A stretch of DNA of 51,136 nt. Source: an uncultured bacterium. GTDB taxonomy: Bacteria; Patescibacteriota; Minisyncoccia; Phycocordibacterales; GWA1-40-21. Location: NCBI GenBank assembly GCA_903831595.1, contig CAIKXY010000010.1:1-51136 (forward strand). Reading direction: 5' to 3'. Shown here one piece after another: positions 18,811 to 29,404 of the stretch. A model generated the notes under the pieces. The model was given only the letters and a program-made list of their open reading frames with translations, was not told the origin of the DNA and did not search any database. Position numbers and translations under genes: made by a program. How positions within the stretch are numbered: the stretch's first letter is position 1; every line of letters begins with the position of its first letter.

Positions 18811-20331
18811 ATGAAAAAAAGACTATCGTTTCTATTTCTTTCCGCACTTTTTTTGGTCCTTTCATATAGATTTTTTGGTTTATGGCCATTTAGTTTTTTT
18901 GCTATCGTTCCATTTTTTTATTTTATTAATACAAAGGAGAAAAAGTCTTTTTTCCACGTTTTCTTAATAGGTTTTTTCTTCGGGTTGTTTTATTCCGGAC
19001 TTCTTATTTTTCTGGTTCTTTTCCAACACTTACTAATATTAATATTGGCGACACTAATTTGTGGTGCGTTTTTTGGTGCTTTTGGAGTCGTGTACGTGTA
19101 CTTAAAGGGGGATGACATTTTTGATGTTTTTATATTTTCATCACTTTGGGTATTGTTTGAGTGGCTAAGACAAATAATTTTTCGTGATTTTGATTATACA
19201 GTTATAGCTTATACCACATATTCAATAAACTTCCTTATGAGTTTTGCTAGTATTGGCGGTACATACGCAGTTTCATTTCTAGTTGTATTATTTAATTCAT
19301 TTATTGGATATTTTAAAATTAATGGTTTTAATAAAAATTTTAGAAAAGTTTTGTTGTTAACAGCATTTGGTATACTAATTATTTTTACTTTTAATAAAGT
19401 ATATTTAAATTTAGGCAATAAAAATGGCCATGAAATTTCATTTTCTAGTATTCAGACAAATAAAAACCATTTAGAATACGGTGAGATGAAAGACAAAGTT
19501 TTAAGTTTAAATACTGAAATGGAAAACTATGTTTATAAGGCTGTAGGTATGAAAACCGAATATATAATTTATCCGGATAATCCAGTACAATATATTCTTA
19601 CAGACAACAGTATCTCTGCAAATAAATATATTAGTGCAACCTTTAATGATGTTAGTACAAAGCTTTCAAAAATTATTCCACAAAATACGAATTTTATTTA
19701 CTGGGCTGATACTATTAGAAAAAATGAAGGCGATAACATTTTTGACGAGTTTGTTTTTTATAAAAATGGAACCACTACCAATTATTACCAAAAGAGAAAC
19801 CTACATCCATTTTATGATTTAAGTTCAAATTACTTTAGAAATACTGGCGTGATAAATGTTCCATATGAGTACTCTGCCTCAAAAGAAAATAAAATAGTTT
19901 ATGTTGGTGATGGGGAGAGATTTGGTAATTTAAGTTGTTCTGAATTGAATTATTCTTTTCTAGCGAGGGGGGATAGTTTGATGGGTGCAAACATTATCTT
20001 ATCTCTAGGAAATTCTTCGGTTTTTGAACAAGGCGTTTTAGGGAGTCTTAATGTTGTTTTGGCTCAGTATCGAGCTATTGAAACTAACTTGCCATTCATC
20101 AGGAGTGATATGTGGGGGCCGTCAGTTTTAATCAATAAAAATGGGATAATTAATTCAGAGTTAAAAAACTCAAAGACGGGTATTTTATATGGTAAATTAT
20201 TTGTAGAAGATTTTCCTCAAAAAACTATTTATTCATATTGGGGTGACTATTTTCTAATAGTACTGCTTTTACTCTATTTATTTTTTGTGATACTATATAA
20301 GTGTAAAAATAAACAATTTATTAAAGTCTAA
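18811..20331 (+). CDS. apolipoprotein N-acyltransferase-like protein (polytopic N-terminus plus CN-hydrolase domain)
   Basis: 506 aa with multiple N-terminal TM helices. Lnt-like motifs are YQKRNLHPF (compare YxKxhLVPFGE) and a catalytic-Cys context LSCSELNY (compare iCYE). A C-terminal TM helix is also present. Confidence 0.6.
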   Translation: MKKRLSFLFLSALFLVLSYRFFGLWPFSFFAIVPFFYFINTKEKKSFFHVFLIGFFFGLFYSGLLIFLVLFQHLLILILATLICGAFFGAFGVVYVYLKGDDIFDVFIFSSLWVLFEWLRQIIFRDFDYTVIAYTTYSINFLMSFASIGGTYAVSFLVVLFNSFIGYFKINGFNKNFRKVLLLTAFGILIIFTFNKVYLNLGNKNGHEISFSSIQTNKNHLEYGEMKDKVLSLNTEMENYVYKAVGMKTEYIIYPDNPVQYILTDNSISANKYISATFNDVSTKLSKIIPQNTNFIYWADTIRKNEGDNIFDEFVFYKNGTTTNYYQKRNLHPFYDLSSNYFRNTGVINVPYEYSASKENKIVYVGDGERFGNLSCSELNYSFLARGDSLMGANIILSLGNSSVFEQGVLGSLNVVLAQYRAIETNLPFIRSDMWGPSVLINKNGIINSELKNSKTGILYGKLFVEDFPQKTIYSYWGDYFLIVLLLLYLFFVILYKCKNKQFIKV

Positions 20332-20346
20332 TTTTGTTAAAGATAT

Positions 20347-21654
20347 ATGAAAAATATCATTCACAAGTTTTTGTTAACATTATTGATGGTAAACGTTTTC
20401 ATATTTTGTTTGGCTAAGCCAGTATATGCTAATAACGCGCTTCCTATAATTGGAGATGCTTTTAAATGGTTAGGGGGTGCTGTTTTGGATGTTGTTTCAG
20501 TACCAATTAGGGCAGTAGGTGCATTAACAGCAGGGGCATGTACAATTTTAGCAGATGTGACAGGCACGGGACAAATGGTTGATCCGTTGTGCAATCGTGT
20601 TGGTTGTTTAACTTTTAATACTTGTCAACCACCAACACCACCAGTTTGCAACGATTGGACATATACCCTTACCCCGGGTGGAGTATGTAGCTATTCTAAT
20701 AGTAGTCACACCTATGAAGCACCGGCAATTGCGTCAAATCCTAAACCCGATGGCTGCGCTGGTGGTACACCAGGAACGTTTTATGTTTGCACTCCAGCTT
20801 GCACAGATTGGAATTATTCAAGCTGGGGTAATTGCTCAAACCAATTGCAAACTCGTACTGCGACGGGGAAATTACCTATAGCCGGTTGTGCTGGTAGTCC
20901 AAATGCTTCATTATTAAACAGAGCATGTGTTGGTGCCTCAATTAAGTCAGATGTAGCTCATGTTGTGTATAATGGTCGCGCAAATATTTCATGGACTTCT
21001 TCATTGGCAACAAGTTGTACAACGACAAAACAAGTGGATGGGTTTTCGCCAATTATATTTTCAACTGCGACCACAAACAATGGTTTGTCATCCGGGTACC
21101 TAAGTAAATCAACAAACTTTATTCTTAACTGTATGGATGCAAATAATAACAGGGCATCTGAATCTGTTGGTATAAATGTTGACGACCGAGGTAATGGTAA
21201 AAAAAGTTGCACTAACGCCGAAGATTGCCAGTTTGTTTGGAGTCCAGACTATACTTGCGAGTTAATATCAACAAGCGATGGCTCCGGAGATTACACGCTA
21301 CACTGTTATGACCCTTTAAACCCAACCAGTCCAAATAATCCAGGTGATATAGTTGTTAAAAAATCGACGATGCCAACATGTACTTTTTCCCAGGATTATA
21401 TAAACAAAAATACAGTATTAAAAATGCAGCCTTTTAATGGAACCAATATATCTAGTGATATTAGATGGTTGGGTAGTGATAAAGTTTCAACCATAACAAG
21501 TGGCCTAGAAACAAACAAGATTTATACAACAGTTGGCGTAAAAACAATTAGCGCAGTTGCTAGGATTAAATCTAACACTGGAGATGCTTACGTTTCTGCA
21601 TGTGTCTCAACAACCACAATGAAGTTAAGCACCAGCACTAACACAGAAATATAA
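20347..21654 (+). CDS. secreted Cys-rich protein with an Ig-like module and a shared C-terminal domain
   Basis: 435 aa with a signal peptide (…FIFCLAKPVYA). Two CxDWxY...W..C...Q.R.....GC(A)G modules. The C-terminal 91 aa are homologous to the C-terminus of the next ORF. Confidence 0.65.
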   Translation: MKNIIHKFLLTLLMVNVFIFCLAKPVYANNALPIIGDAFKWLGGAVLDVVSVPIRAVGALTAGACTILADVTGTGQMVDPLCNRVGCLTFNTCQPPTPPVCNDWTYTLTPGGVCSYSNSSHTYEAPAIASNPKPDGCAGGTPGTFYVCTPACTDWNYSSWGNCSNQLQTRTATGKLPIAGCAGSPNASLLNRACVGASIKSDVAHVVYNGRANISWTSSLATSCTTTKQVDGFSPIIFSTATTNNGLSSGYLSKSTNFILNCMDANNNRASESVGINVDDRGNGKKSCTNAEDCQFVWSPDYTCELISTSDGSGDYTLHCYDPLNPTSPNNPGDIVVKKSTMPTCTFSQDYINKNTVLKMQPFNGTNISSDIRWLGSDKVSTITSGLETNKIYTTVGVKTISAVARIKSNTGDAYVSACVSTTTMKLSTSTNTEI

Positions 21655-21663
21655 TTACTTATT

Positions 21664-21718
21664 AAAAAGCAAACAAAAAAGAGGCAAGTTTCGCGCGCCT
21701 CTTTTTTGTTTGCTTTTT
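21664..21718 (+). terminator. long (about 22 bp) hairpin terminator
   Basis: aaaaagcaaacaaaaaagaggc...gcctcttttttgtttgcttttt. Confidence 0.7.
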
Positions 21719-21766
21719 AATTTAACAAAATTTTGTTATAATATTACAAGTAATAAAAACTTATTT

Positions 21767-24700
21767 ATGAAAAAAATATTTATTTCACTTTTTGTTTTAA
21801 TTATATTTGGATTATTTTTTACAAATACGGTATTTGCACAAACAAATAACTTTGGCTCTTTGTCTGGCGGGGTAGTTGTTGCAACTGTCAGTATAAATAA
21901 TGCAAAAATTGTTTCGCAGAATGATAGGGATTTTGTTATTTCTTTTGATATTTCAAACAAAATTGGATCTCAGTCAAAAGTAAAATATTCTATTCAGTTG
22001 GTAAAAATTTCATCATTAGCCCAAACTATTTTTGACGAAAAATTTTATGATGAAGCACTTTTTTTAAGTGAAAATATGACTATTCATAAAACAGTCAATT
22101 ATATTGTACCCTCATCAGTTTCAGCTGGTACATATACTTTATACATAAGAAGTCAAAATGCCAGTGGCTTACCACTTTCTATTATCGGACTTGGTGACAT
22201 AAAAATCTCAGCCAACATTCTTGGCTCAATTGAGATTATTCCGAATACCTGCACTTTTAGTTATAGTCAAAACAAATATTTTGAGGCTTCTACAAATAAT
22301 AATATTTCAACCGGGTATATAAATGCAAAATGTAAGGTGAAAAACACTTTTTTGAAAGACACACCAATGGTTTTGGATTTTGTTACAAGAAGTCCATCAG
22401 TTTTTGGTAACATTATTCCTATATTTGGGAGCTCGACAAGGAATATACTAATTAAAAAAGGGACCAATGATGTAACAATTATGATGCCAAAAGCGAAGAA
22501 ACCACAATATTATAATTTATCATTTCACCTCACTTCTACTGATACAAAAATTTTATCAAACACTATTTCATATGATTACTTTATTGCCGGAGAGCAAGGA
22601 ATAATAAAAAATGTTGTTTTTGATAAAACTTATTACAAATCTGGCGATACAGCAAATGTGCAAATATATTCAAGTCAGTCGAGTACTAGCACAATTTCAG
22701 CAATTATTCGAGGTAGTTCCGGTGAATATTGTAGTGCCACATCAAGCAAGGTAGTTTCAAGTGTTTCAATTACAAATCTTTTAATTCCAATTGAAAAAAA
22801 TTGTCTAAATCCTAAAGCCGGCGTCATTTTGTCTGCAATGAATGGAAAAATACTTGATTCGAATAATTTGCAAATTATCACGACTACTGGTGTAACATCA
22901 AAAAGGGCACCAGCTTTACCAATAACTATTGTTATTCTGATTTTAATAATATTTTTACTCTTAATTATTGGAATTTTAATTTATAAAAATAAATCACGGG
23001 GATTAAAAGTGATAATTTTAATTTTATTTTGTTTTAGTGCTTTTAGCTTAAAAGACAAAATTACTTTTGCTGAGGGTATAGCTTTTTTCCCAGAAATTAA
23101 CATCCAAGGTCCTGGTTCGGTTGGCTTTGCTTACTCAACTGATTTGAAACCATATGTGAGTTTTTATTGTGATATATATAAAAATGGTGCACTCTGGGTT
23201 GCAAATGCTAATGGTTGGCATCCTGGAAATTGGGCTACACCATCTGGTAAAGTAATCCAGTTGGGTGCGTGGGATATGGTTACCAGCAACACAAATTATT
23301 TGATGGCATGTAGAAATGCTCACACTGGTGCTTCGATATCAACAGAACCAAGTGGTGGCTATGATATACCCCCCGGTAACCAATCAGTGCCGCAGCCAGT
23401 ATATCCACCGATTGATCCTACTACTCAAGGGTATTTACCATATGATGGGCCAGATACTGGTGGTCAGACTGGGCCAGCAATTTCAGATTTAACTGCAAGT
23501 ATGAATCCCGTAGAGTATAATGGTTCAACGCAAGTTTCTGCCAACGTTAGTAACTCAAGTTTTTGTGTGATAGATGGCCCCGATGGTTCATGGGTGTATT
23601 CTGATGTGGCTAACCCAATTAAAATTGTTTTGTATCAGAATAATTTATCCTTCAATGCCACTTTTAATGCTTACTGTGTTGGTTTAAATAATAATGCCGT
23701 GGCTAATTCACCAGCTTTGTATGTATCTGTAGAACCATATATTCCACCTGCGCAGACAGGCACTATAGGATTAAGTGCCATTCCCACCACAGTATCATAC
23801 GGAGGAGACACGATTGTCACCACTGATATAAGTAGTCTAAATAATATTAGCAGTTGTGCGATGACAAGTAGCCAAGGAGGAACCATCGTTTATGATTTTA
23901 GTCATTTTTTTTCTGTACCAAAAAGTATTAGTGTGTATTCTAACAATATGACATTAGATACGACTTTTCAGACAGAGTGTTATGACTCTGATGGATTTCA
24001 CTCCTATTTTTCTGTACCTTTAACAGTAAATGTTTTACCTGAATCTTTTAATGTTACTTTATCTCCTGCAAGTTCAACAGTAAATAAGGGAGATTCTGTA
24101 AAAGTAAATTGGAACGCAAATGAGTCTGGTAGTATTTGCCAAATCACAACTGATGATACAAACATCCAATCATATTCAAACCTTTCAGCAAGTGACATGT
24201 CTGCCGGTGTAAGAGTTGGGCCAATCACAAGTACAACAACAGTTAGTATTGAATGTCAGAATAAAACGACGAGTGCATCAGCAGCGGGGGCAATCCAAGG
24301 TATTGATCCTATACTTGCACCATTTTTGTCTTTGTACATCATACCTCAAGGTGATTCTTTTGGGTCAGCAGGATTTTACACAAATTTTGATAGTAGAAGT
24401 ATCCCGTATGACAACCTTGTTTCTGGCTATCAGCAAGGACAACAAGTCACAATACTTAACCCAATATTGCCGAACACACCATTTCCTAATCAAATAGATG
24501 ATATATCAGTTCTTTATAACCAAAACCAAGTCGGGTGTTTGGGTGATTATTGTGCCTCAATAAATATCGATAGCGTTGACCATCCTTACGGTGGCATTAT
24601 CTCACTTCATCTTAATGACGGTGGAGAAGGATATTCGGTAGGAGATCAACCATTAATTATGTCAATGACTGCAGGGCAAGGTGGGGGTAATGTGAAAGTC

Positions 24701-25840
24701 TCTGAAACAGACGGAGTCGCAGGAGCAATAAAAAATATATCAGTATTGTATGGAGGTTCAGGATATAAAATTGGTGATAAATTAATAGTCCAGGCCGGAA
24801 ATGGTGATGCAATAATAAATGTTGATAGTATAGATGAAAATGGTTCAGTCACGGGGGTATCATTGATAGAAAATGGTTCAGGATACATTTCTTCACATAT
24901 GATAGGTGGTGAATATCCATCTGATGTATCTGGTGGTAATGGAAATGGACTTCAAGTGGGAGTAGATGATGTTTATGGAAAAATTCTTTCTTTGTCGTAT
25001 GACCCTAGCAATGCATCAAATTTTAGCTCTGATTATTCAGTTGGAGATACAGCACAACTTATTGGTGGAATTCAAGGAATGGGTGGAGCAACAATACAAA
25101 TTGACCAGGTTGGGCAAGGTACGCCAACAAAAATATCTTTGTCACAAGTGGGCTCAGGATATCAAACAGGCTGGTCATACCCAATTGACGGGCCAGGATA
25201 CCCTTTAGTAACAATAGCCAAAGCTCAGCCGATGATGAATTTTTTTACATCTGATATACCTATGCGTGTTGCAACAAGTTCAGTTATTATAAAACCTATC
25301 TCAAGTAACCCTCCTTCAAGTAGGCCTATTATTCATAGGAAAAATATTAATACAATAGAATGGGAAGCAGATGGCGCAAAATCATGCAGTTTAACCATGA
25401 ATGGTCTGATTATTTCAAATGCGACATCAGGAGTTTATCAAGTTTTGGGTGGAATCAAAGATACAGACATATTCACAATATCTTGTGATCCAACAGGAAG
25501 TGCAACTATATCAGGGAAAACCGTAAACTTAAGTGCTGCATGTGTTCCATCACAATCTGACAATAATTTATACGTTAATAAAAATACGACATGGACGATT
25601 ATTCCTTTTGATAAAACTAAAACACTTAGAGTTATTACAAATACTGCAGAGTGGAGGGGTGATGAAATATCAGGTGTTAATAGTTCATATTATCCACTAA
25701 ATATAATTTACAGGACAGTTGGAGAAAAGTTTTTACATGGAACTATCTCAGTTCTTGATCCTTCAGACACTAGGCTGGACTTGGAATGCGAAACTACGAC
25801 TACAGTAAAATTAGACAAAGGGACGATCAATGAAATTTAG
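21767..25840 (+). CDS. very large surface protein (Ig-like Cys-pair repeats, GSGY/GD repeats, shared C-terminal domain)
   Basis: The ORF-track start 21710 overlaps the upstream terminator. ATG 21767 gives MKKIFISLFVLIIFGLFFTNTVFAQ, a signal peptide. An internal TM plus signal-like pair lies near 22915-23060. Confidence 0.7.
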   Translation: MKKIFISLFVLIIFGLFFTNTVFAQTNNFGSLSGGVVVATVSINNAKIVSQNDRDFVISFDISNKIGSQSKVKYSIQLVKISSLAQTIFDEKFYDEALFLSENMTIHKTVNYIVPSSVSAGTYTLYIRSQNASGLPLSIIGLGDIKISANILGSIEIIPNTCTFSYSQNKYFEASTNNNISTGYINAKCKVKNTFLKDTPMVLDFVTRSPSVFGNIIPIFGSSTRNILIKKGTNDVTIMMPKAKKPQYYNLSFHLTSTDTKILSNTISYDYFIAGEQGIIKNVVFDKTYYKSGDTANVQIYSSQSSTSTISAIIRGSSGEYCSATSSKVVSSVSITNLLIPIEKNCLNPKAGVILSAMNGKILDSNNLQIITTTGVTSKRAPALPITIVILILIIFLLLIIGILIYKNKSRGLKVIILILFCFSAFSLKDKITFAEGIAFFPEINIQGPGSVGFAYSTDLKPYVSFYCDIYKNGALWVANANGWHPGNWATPSGKVIQLGAWDMVTSNTNYLMACRNAHTGASISTEPSGGYDIPPGNQSVPQPVYPPIDPTTQGYLPYDGPDTGGQTGPAISDLTASMNPVEYNGSTQVSANVSNSSFCVIDGPDGSWVYSDVANPIKIVLYQNNLSFNATFNAYCVGLNNNAVANSPALYVSVEPYIPPAQTGTIGLSAIPTTVSYGGDTIVTTDISSLNNISSCAMTSSQGGTIVYDFSHFFSVPKSISVYSNNMTLDTTFQTECYDSDGFHSYFSVPLTVNVLPESFNVTLSPASSTVNKGDSVKVNWNANESGSICQITTDDTNIQSYSNLSASDMSAGVRVGPITSTTTVSIECQNKTTSASAAGAIQGIDPILAPFLSLYIIPQGDSFGSAGFYTNFDSRSIPYDNLVSGYQQGQQVTILNPILPNTPFPNQIDDISVLYNQNQVGCLGDYCASINIDSVDHPYGGIISLHLNDGGEGYSVGDQPLIMSMTAGQGGGNVKVSETDGVAGAIKNISVLYGGSGYKIGDKLIVQAGNGDAIINVDSIDENGSVTGVSLIENGSGYISSHMIGGEYPSDVSGGNGNGLQVGVDDVYGKILSLSYDPSNASNFSSDYSVGDTAQLIGGIQGMGGATIQIDQVGQGTPTKISLSQVGSGYQTGWSYPIDGPGYPLVTIAKAQPMMNFFTSDIPMRVATSSVIIKPISSNPPSSRPIIHRKNINTIEWEADGAKSCSLTMNGLIISNATSGVYQVLGGIKDTDIFTISCDPTGSATISGKTVNLSAACVPSQSDNNLYVNKNTTWTIIPFDKTKTLRVITNTAEWRGDEISGVNSSYYPLNIIYRTVGEKFLHGTISVLDPSDTRLDLECETTTTVKLDKGTINEI

Positions 25841-25951
25841 GGTACAATTTGAGTGCCGTTAGTTTAAAAGGCGGTGCTTTGTGAAGAATATTCTGCCCAT
25901 ATTATTCCTTACTATTGAACTTAATTATTTTCTGATATAATTAAGAAAGTA

Positions 25952-27718
25952 ATGATATTAGAAAGTAAACAGCTTAAAGATTTTTTAGTTGATACAGGTC
26001 TTGTAACTAAGACTGAGTATGATTTTGTTGAGAGCCAAATTAAAAAAGGAAAAATAAAAGATTCTATTGAAAAATATTTTGTAAGCCAAAATAAAATCTC
26101 TGAAGATGATTTGCGTAGAGCACAAGCCTATGTGATGGGTATTCCTTTTGTTGATTTAAAAAATCAGAAAATCGATGTCTCTGTTTTGTCCCTCATACCA
26201 GAGCCACTTGCTCGTAAAAATAATATTGTTTCTTTTAGGAAAAACATTGATTCTCTCGAAGTTGCAATGCTTGATATAAATAACCTTTCTACTATCGAAT
26301 TCATAAAAAAGAAAGTTGGATTAAAAATTTTACCTAGACTTACAGATTCTGGTTCAATAAAAAGTGCAATTCTTCAATATCAAAAAAGTTTGAGAGCCGA
26401 GTTTGGCGATTTAATTCAAGAGGATATAAAAAGTTTAAAAAATGTTGGAAGTCTTGAGACGGAAATAAAAGGAGAAACATTAGAAGAAACATTAAAAAAG
26501 AGGGCAGAGGAGCTTCCCGTTGTTCGTATTGTTGAAACACTTTTAAAACATGCTGCACTGCAAAATGCTTCTGATATACACATAGAATGCCTCGAGGACA
26601 CACTTCTTATAAGATATAGAATTGATGGAATACTACATGACGCAATGAGTATTCCTAAAACTGCTGCAACTAGTATCATCGCCAGAATAAAAGTTCTTGC
26701 TAACCTTAAACTTGATGAAAAAAGATTGCCTCAAGACGGAAGGTTTGATATTGATATAAATGATGAAAAAATTTCTTTTAGGGTTTCTATTATCCCAACA
26801 TACTTTGGTGAGAAAGCCGTTTTAAGATTACTAAGAGAAAATGTCGGAGCTTACACTATGGAGTCGATGGGTTTTCACGGAGTAAATTTGGAAAGAGTTC
26901 ACGAGGCAATGAAACAGGCAACTGGAATGATACTCACCACTGGTCCGACAGGTTCTGGAAAGACGACTACTCTGTACACAATATTAGAATTGTTAAATTC
27001 TTCTGATGTGAACATTGCAACAATTGAAGATCCTATCGAATATCAAGTGGCACGAATAAACCAAACACAAGTTAAGCCGGAAATTGGGTTTACTTTTGCA
27101 AATGGACTTCGCTCTTTAGTGAGACAAGATCCAGATATAATAATGGTGGGGGAAATACGAGACAACGAAACTGCATCTCTTGCGGTTAACGCTGCACTTA
27201 CCGGACACGTCGTACTTTCAACCCTTCACACAAATTCCGCAGCGGGTGCGATACCAAGACTTATAGATATGAAAGTTGAGCCATTTCTTCTTGTTTCAAC
27301 CATAAATATTATTCTTGGGCAAAGACTTGTTAGAAAACTTACAAAAAATAAAGAAAGATATATATTATCAAAACCAGAACTTGCATCTTTGGGTAAGGTT
27401 GTGGATTTAGATAAAGTATTGAGAACATTAAAAGAGGAAAATATGATTGGCAAAAACGATGATTGGAATAATATCTATTTTTATAAAGCAAATCCTTCCG
27501 CAGATTCGACCGATGGATATTTAGGAAGAATTGGAATACACGAAGTGCTTAATATGACTTCAACAATAAAAAATCTTGTTATTAAGGGTGCAACCTCAGA
27601 CGAAATTGAGGCACAGGCAAAAAAAGAGGGAATGTTATCTATGATTGAAGACGGAATATTTAAATGTGTTACTGGTCTAACTACGATAGAGGAAGTATTG
27701 AGAGTGGTTTCAGAATAA
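25952..27718 (+). CDS. pilB: type IV pilus assembly ATPase (GspE/PilB family), paralog 2
   Basis: 588 aa. N-terminal GSPII_E-N-like domain, Walker A GPTGSGKTTTLY, MVGEIRD and TGHVVLSTLHTN. It lacks the tetracysteine motif present in paralog 1. Confidence 0.9.
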   Translation: MILESKQLKDFLVDTGLVTKTEYDFVESQIKKGKIKDSIEKYFVSQNKISEDDLRRAQAYVMGIPFVDLKNQKIDVSVLSLIPEPLARKNNIVSFRKNIDSLEVAMLDINNLSTIEFIKKKVGLKILPRLTDSGSIKSAILQYQKSLRAEFGDLIQEDIKSLKNVGSLETEIKGETLEETLKKRAEELPVVRIVETLLKHAALQNASDIHIECLEDTLLIRYRIDGILHDAMSIPKTAATSIIARIKVLANLKLDEKRLPQDGRFDIDINDEKISFRVSIIPTYFGEKAVLRLLRENVGAYTMESMGFHGVNLERVHEAMKQATGMILTTGPTGSGKTTTLYTILELLNSSDVNIATIEDPIEYQVARINQTQVKPEIGFTFANGLRSLVRQDPDIIMVGEIRDNETASLAVNAALTGHVVLSTLHTNSAAGAIPRLIDMKVEPFLLVSTINIILGQRLVRKLTKNKERYILSKPELASLGKVVDLDKVLRTLKEENMIGKNDDWNNIYFYKANPSADSTDGYLGRIGIHEVLNMTSTIKNLVIKGATSDEIEAQAKKEGMLSMIEDGIFKCVTGLTTIEEVLRVVSE

Positions 27719-27729
27719 GAATATAAAAA

Positions 27730-28938
27730 ATGAAGTTTAAATTTAAAGCAGTAAAAAATGATGGTATAAAATATGAGGGGATAAAAGAATCCAATGATAA
27801 ATTTACTTTATATGAAGAACTTAAAGCAGATGGTAGTACTTTACTTGTTGCATCAGAGGTAACAAAAATTAAATTTAATATAAATGTTCCATTTATTGAT
27901 TCTATTCCTGAACACCAAAAAATAATTTTCGCTAGAAATTTAGGTTCAATGATAAATGCTGGGCTTTCTCTTGCAAAAGCGTTAGATATTTTAGAAAAAC
28001 AAATTACCAACAAAAGATTTAAAAAAATAATTGAATCTTTAGAGGCAAGTATAAGGAAGGGTCAGACATTAAGTTTGGCTTGCTCAGAATATCCTGACGT
28101 TTTTCCTCAACTTTTTACTTCAATGGTGAAGGCTGGTGAAGAATCTGGTAATCTTGCTGACTCACTAAAAATTGTGGCGAACCAACTAGAGGGAAGTTAT
28201 AAACTAAAGAAAAAAGTACAAGGAGCTATGGTTTACCCATCGATTATTCTTTCCGTAATGATAATTATCGGTGTACTTATGCTTGTATTAGTTGTACCAA
28301 GTATTACCGCAACTTTTAAAGATTTAAAAATAGAATTGCCTTTCATGACACAAGTACTAATTTCAGCTAGTGATTTTCTAAAAAATAATATAGTTACAAC
28401 TTTGTTGGCTCTGGTATCAGTAGTTATTGTTTGTTATATATTTTTCCGTTCAAAGTCTGGAAAAAGAATCTTAGATTATATCTTTTTAAAACTTCCTGTG
28501 ATTGGAGAAATTACAAAAGAAACAAATTCAGCGAGAATCACGAGAACAATTTCTTCACTCCTGTCATCAGGTGTTCCTTATGCTGAAGCGATTTCAATCA
28601 CAAGGGATGTTGTTCAGAATGGATATTTTAAGGATGTTTTGACTTCCGCAATTAGCACTGTTGAAAAAGGCGGAATGATCTCAAGTGTTTTTATGGAAAA
28701 TACTAATCTGTGCCCAATTTTTGTTGCGGAAATGTCTGTCGTAGGTGAAGAAACGGGCAGATTGCCATCAATGTTTATGGAAGTCGCTAATTTTTATGAA
28801 GAGTCAGTTGATCAAAAAACAAAAAATATTTCTACTATAATTGAGCCAGTACTCATGGTAATAATTGGTCTTGCAGTAGCAATTTTTGCTCTTGCAATTA
28901 TAAAACCAATTTATTCTTTGACTGATTCAATTCAATAA
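27730..28938 (+). CDS. pilC: type IV pilus platform protein (GspF/PilC family)
   Basis: 402 aa with two T2SS-F-like repeats and three TM segments. It lies directly downstream of pilB. Confidence 0.9.
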   Translation: MKFKFKAVKNDGIKYEGIKESNDKFTLYEELKADGSTLLVASEVTKIKFNINVPFIDSIPEHQKIIFARNLGSMINAGLSLAKALDILEKQITNKRFKKIIESLEASIRKGQTLSLACSEYPDVFPQLFTSMVKAGEESGNLADSLKIVANQLEGSYKLKKKVQGAMVYPSIILSVMIIIGVLMLVLVVPSITATFKDLKIELPFMTQVLISASDFLKNNIVTTLLALVSVVIVCYIFFRSKSGKRILDYIFLKLPVIGEITKETNSARITRTISSLLSSGVPYAEAISITRDVVQNGYFKDVLTSAISTVEKGGMISSVFMENTNLCPIFVAEMSVVGEETGRLPSMFMEVANFYEESVDQKTKNISTIIEPVLMVIIGLAVAIFALAIIKPIYSLTDSIQ

Positions 28939-28939
28939 A

Positions 28940-29404
28940 ATGAATAGATTTAAAATAAATAAAAAACTTTCAATTGGTTTTTCTTTAGTCGAATTACTGA
29001 TAGTAATTGCGATTTTGGGAGTAATAACTTCAATCGTAATTTCCTCGTTTGGGCAGGCGGGAGGAACAGAAGCGTTAAACACATCAGCAATTTCAGCAAT
29101 ATCTGTTTTAAATGGTGCAAAATCAATGGCAATTTCTTCAAAAGATGCTTCTAAATACGGAGTAAGGATTTTTAATAATAAATTTGTTACATTTAAAAAT
29201 AGTTATGGCACAGAAAATCAAGAAACTGTTTTTTCAAACCTTATTGCTATAAGTACATCTACGGGAATAAATACTGACATTATTTTTAATAATGTATCCG
29301 GGAGTACAAGCGCCAGCGGAACAATAACATTTACGGTTTTAAGCAATCCGTCAAAAACAAATATTATTAGAATCTATTCTACTGGTATAATTGAAAGAAA
29401 TTAG
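28940..29404 (+). CDS. prepilin-type N-terminal cleavage/methylation domain protein (candidate major pilin)
   Basis: KKLSIG|FSLVELLIVIAILGVI: a class III signal with Gly-1 and Glu+5. Confidence 0.8.
   Translation: MNRFKINKKLSIGFSLVELLIVIAILGVITSIVISSFGQAGGTEALNTSAISAISVLNGAKSMAISSKDASKYGVRIFNNKFVTFKNSYGTENQETVFSNLIAISTSTGINTDIIFNNVSGSTSASGTITFTVLSNPSKTNIIRIYSTGIIERN

Noticed and set aside
21710-21766. Upstream start of the giant surface-protein ORF
   Set aside because: The first 19 codons overlap the 22-bp terminator stem of the preceding gene. ATG 21767 gives a canonical signal peptide.
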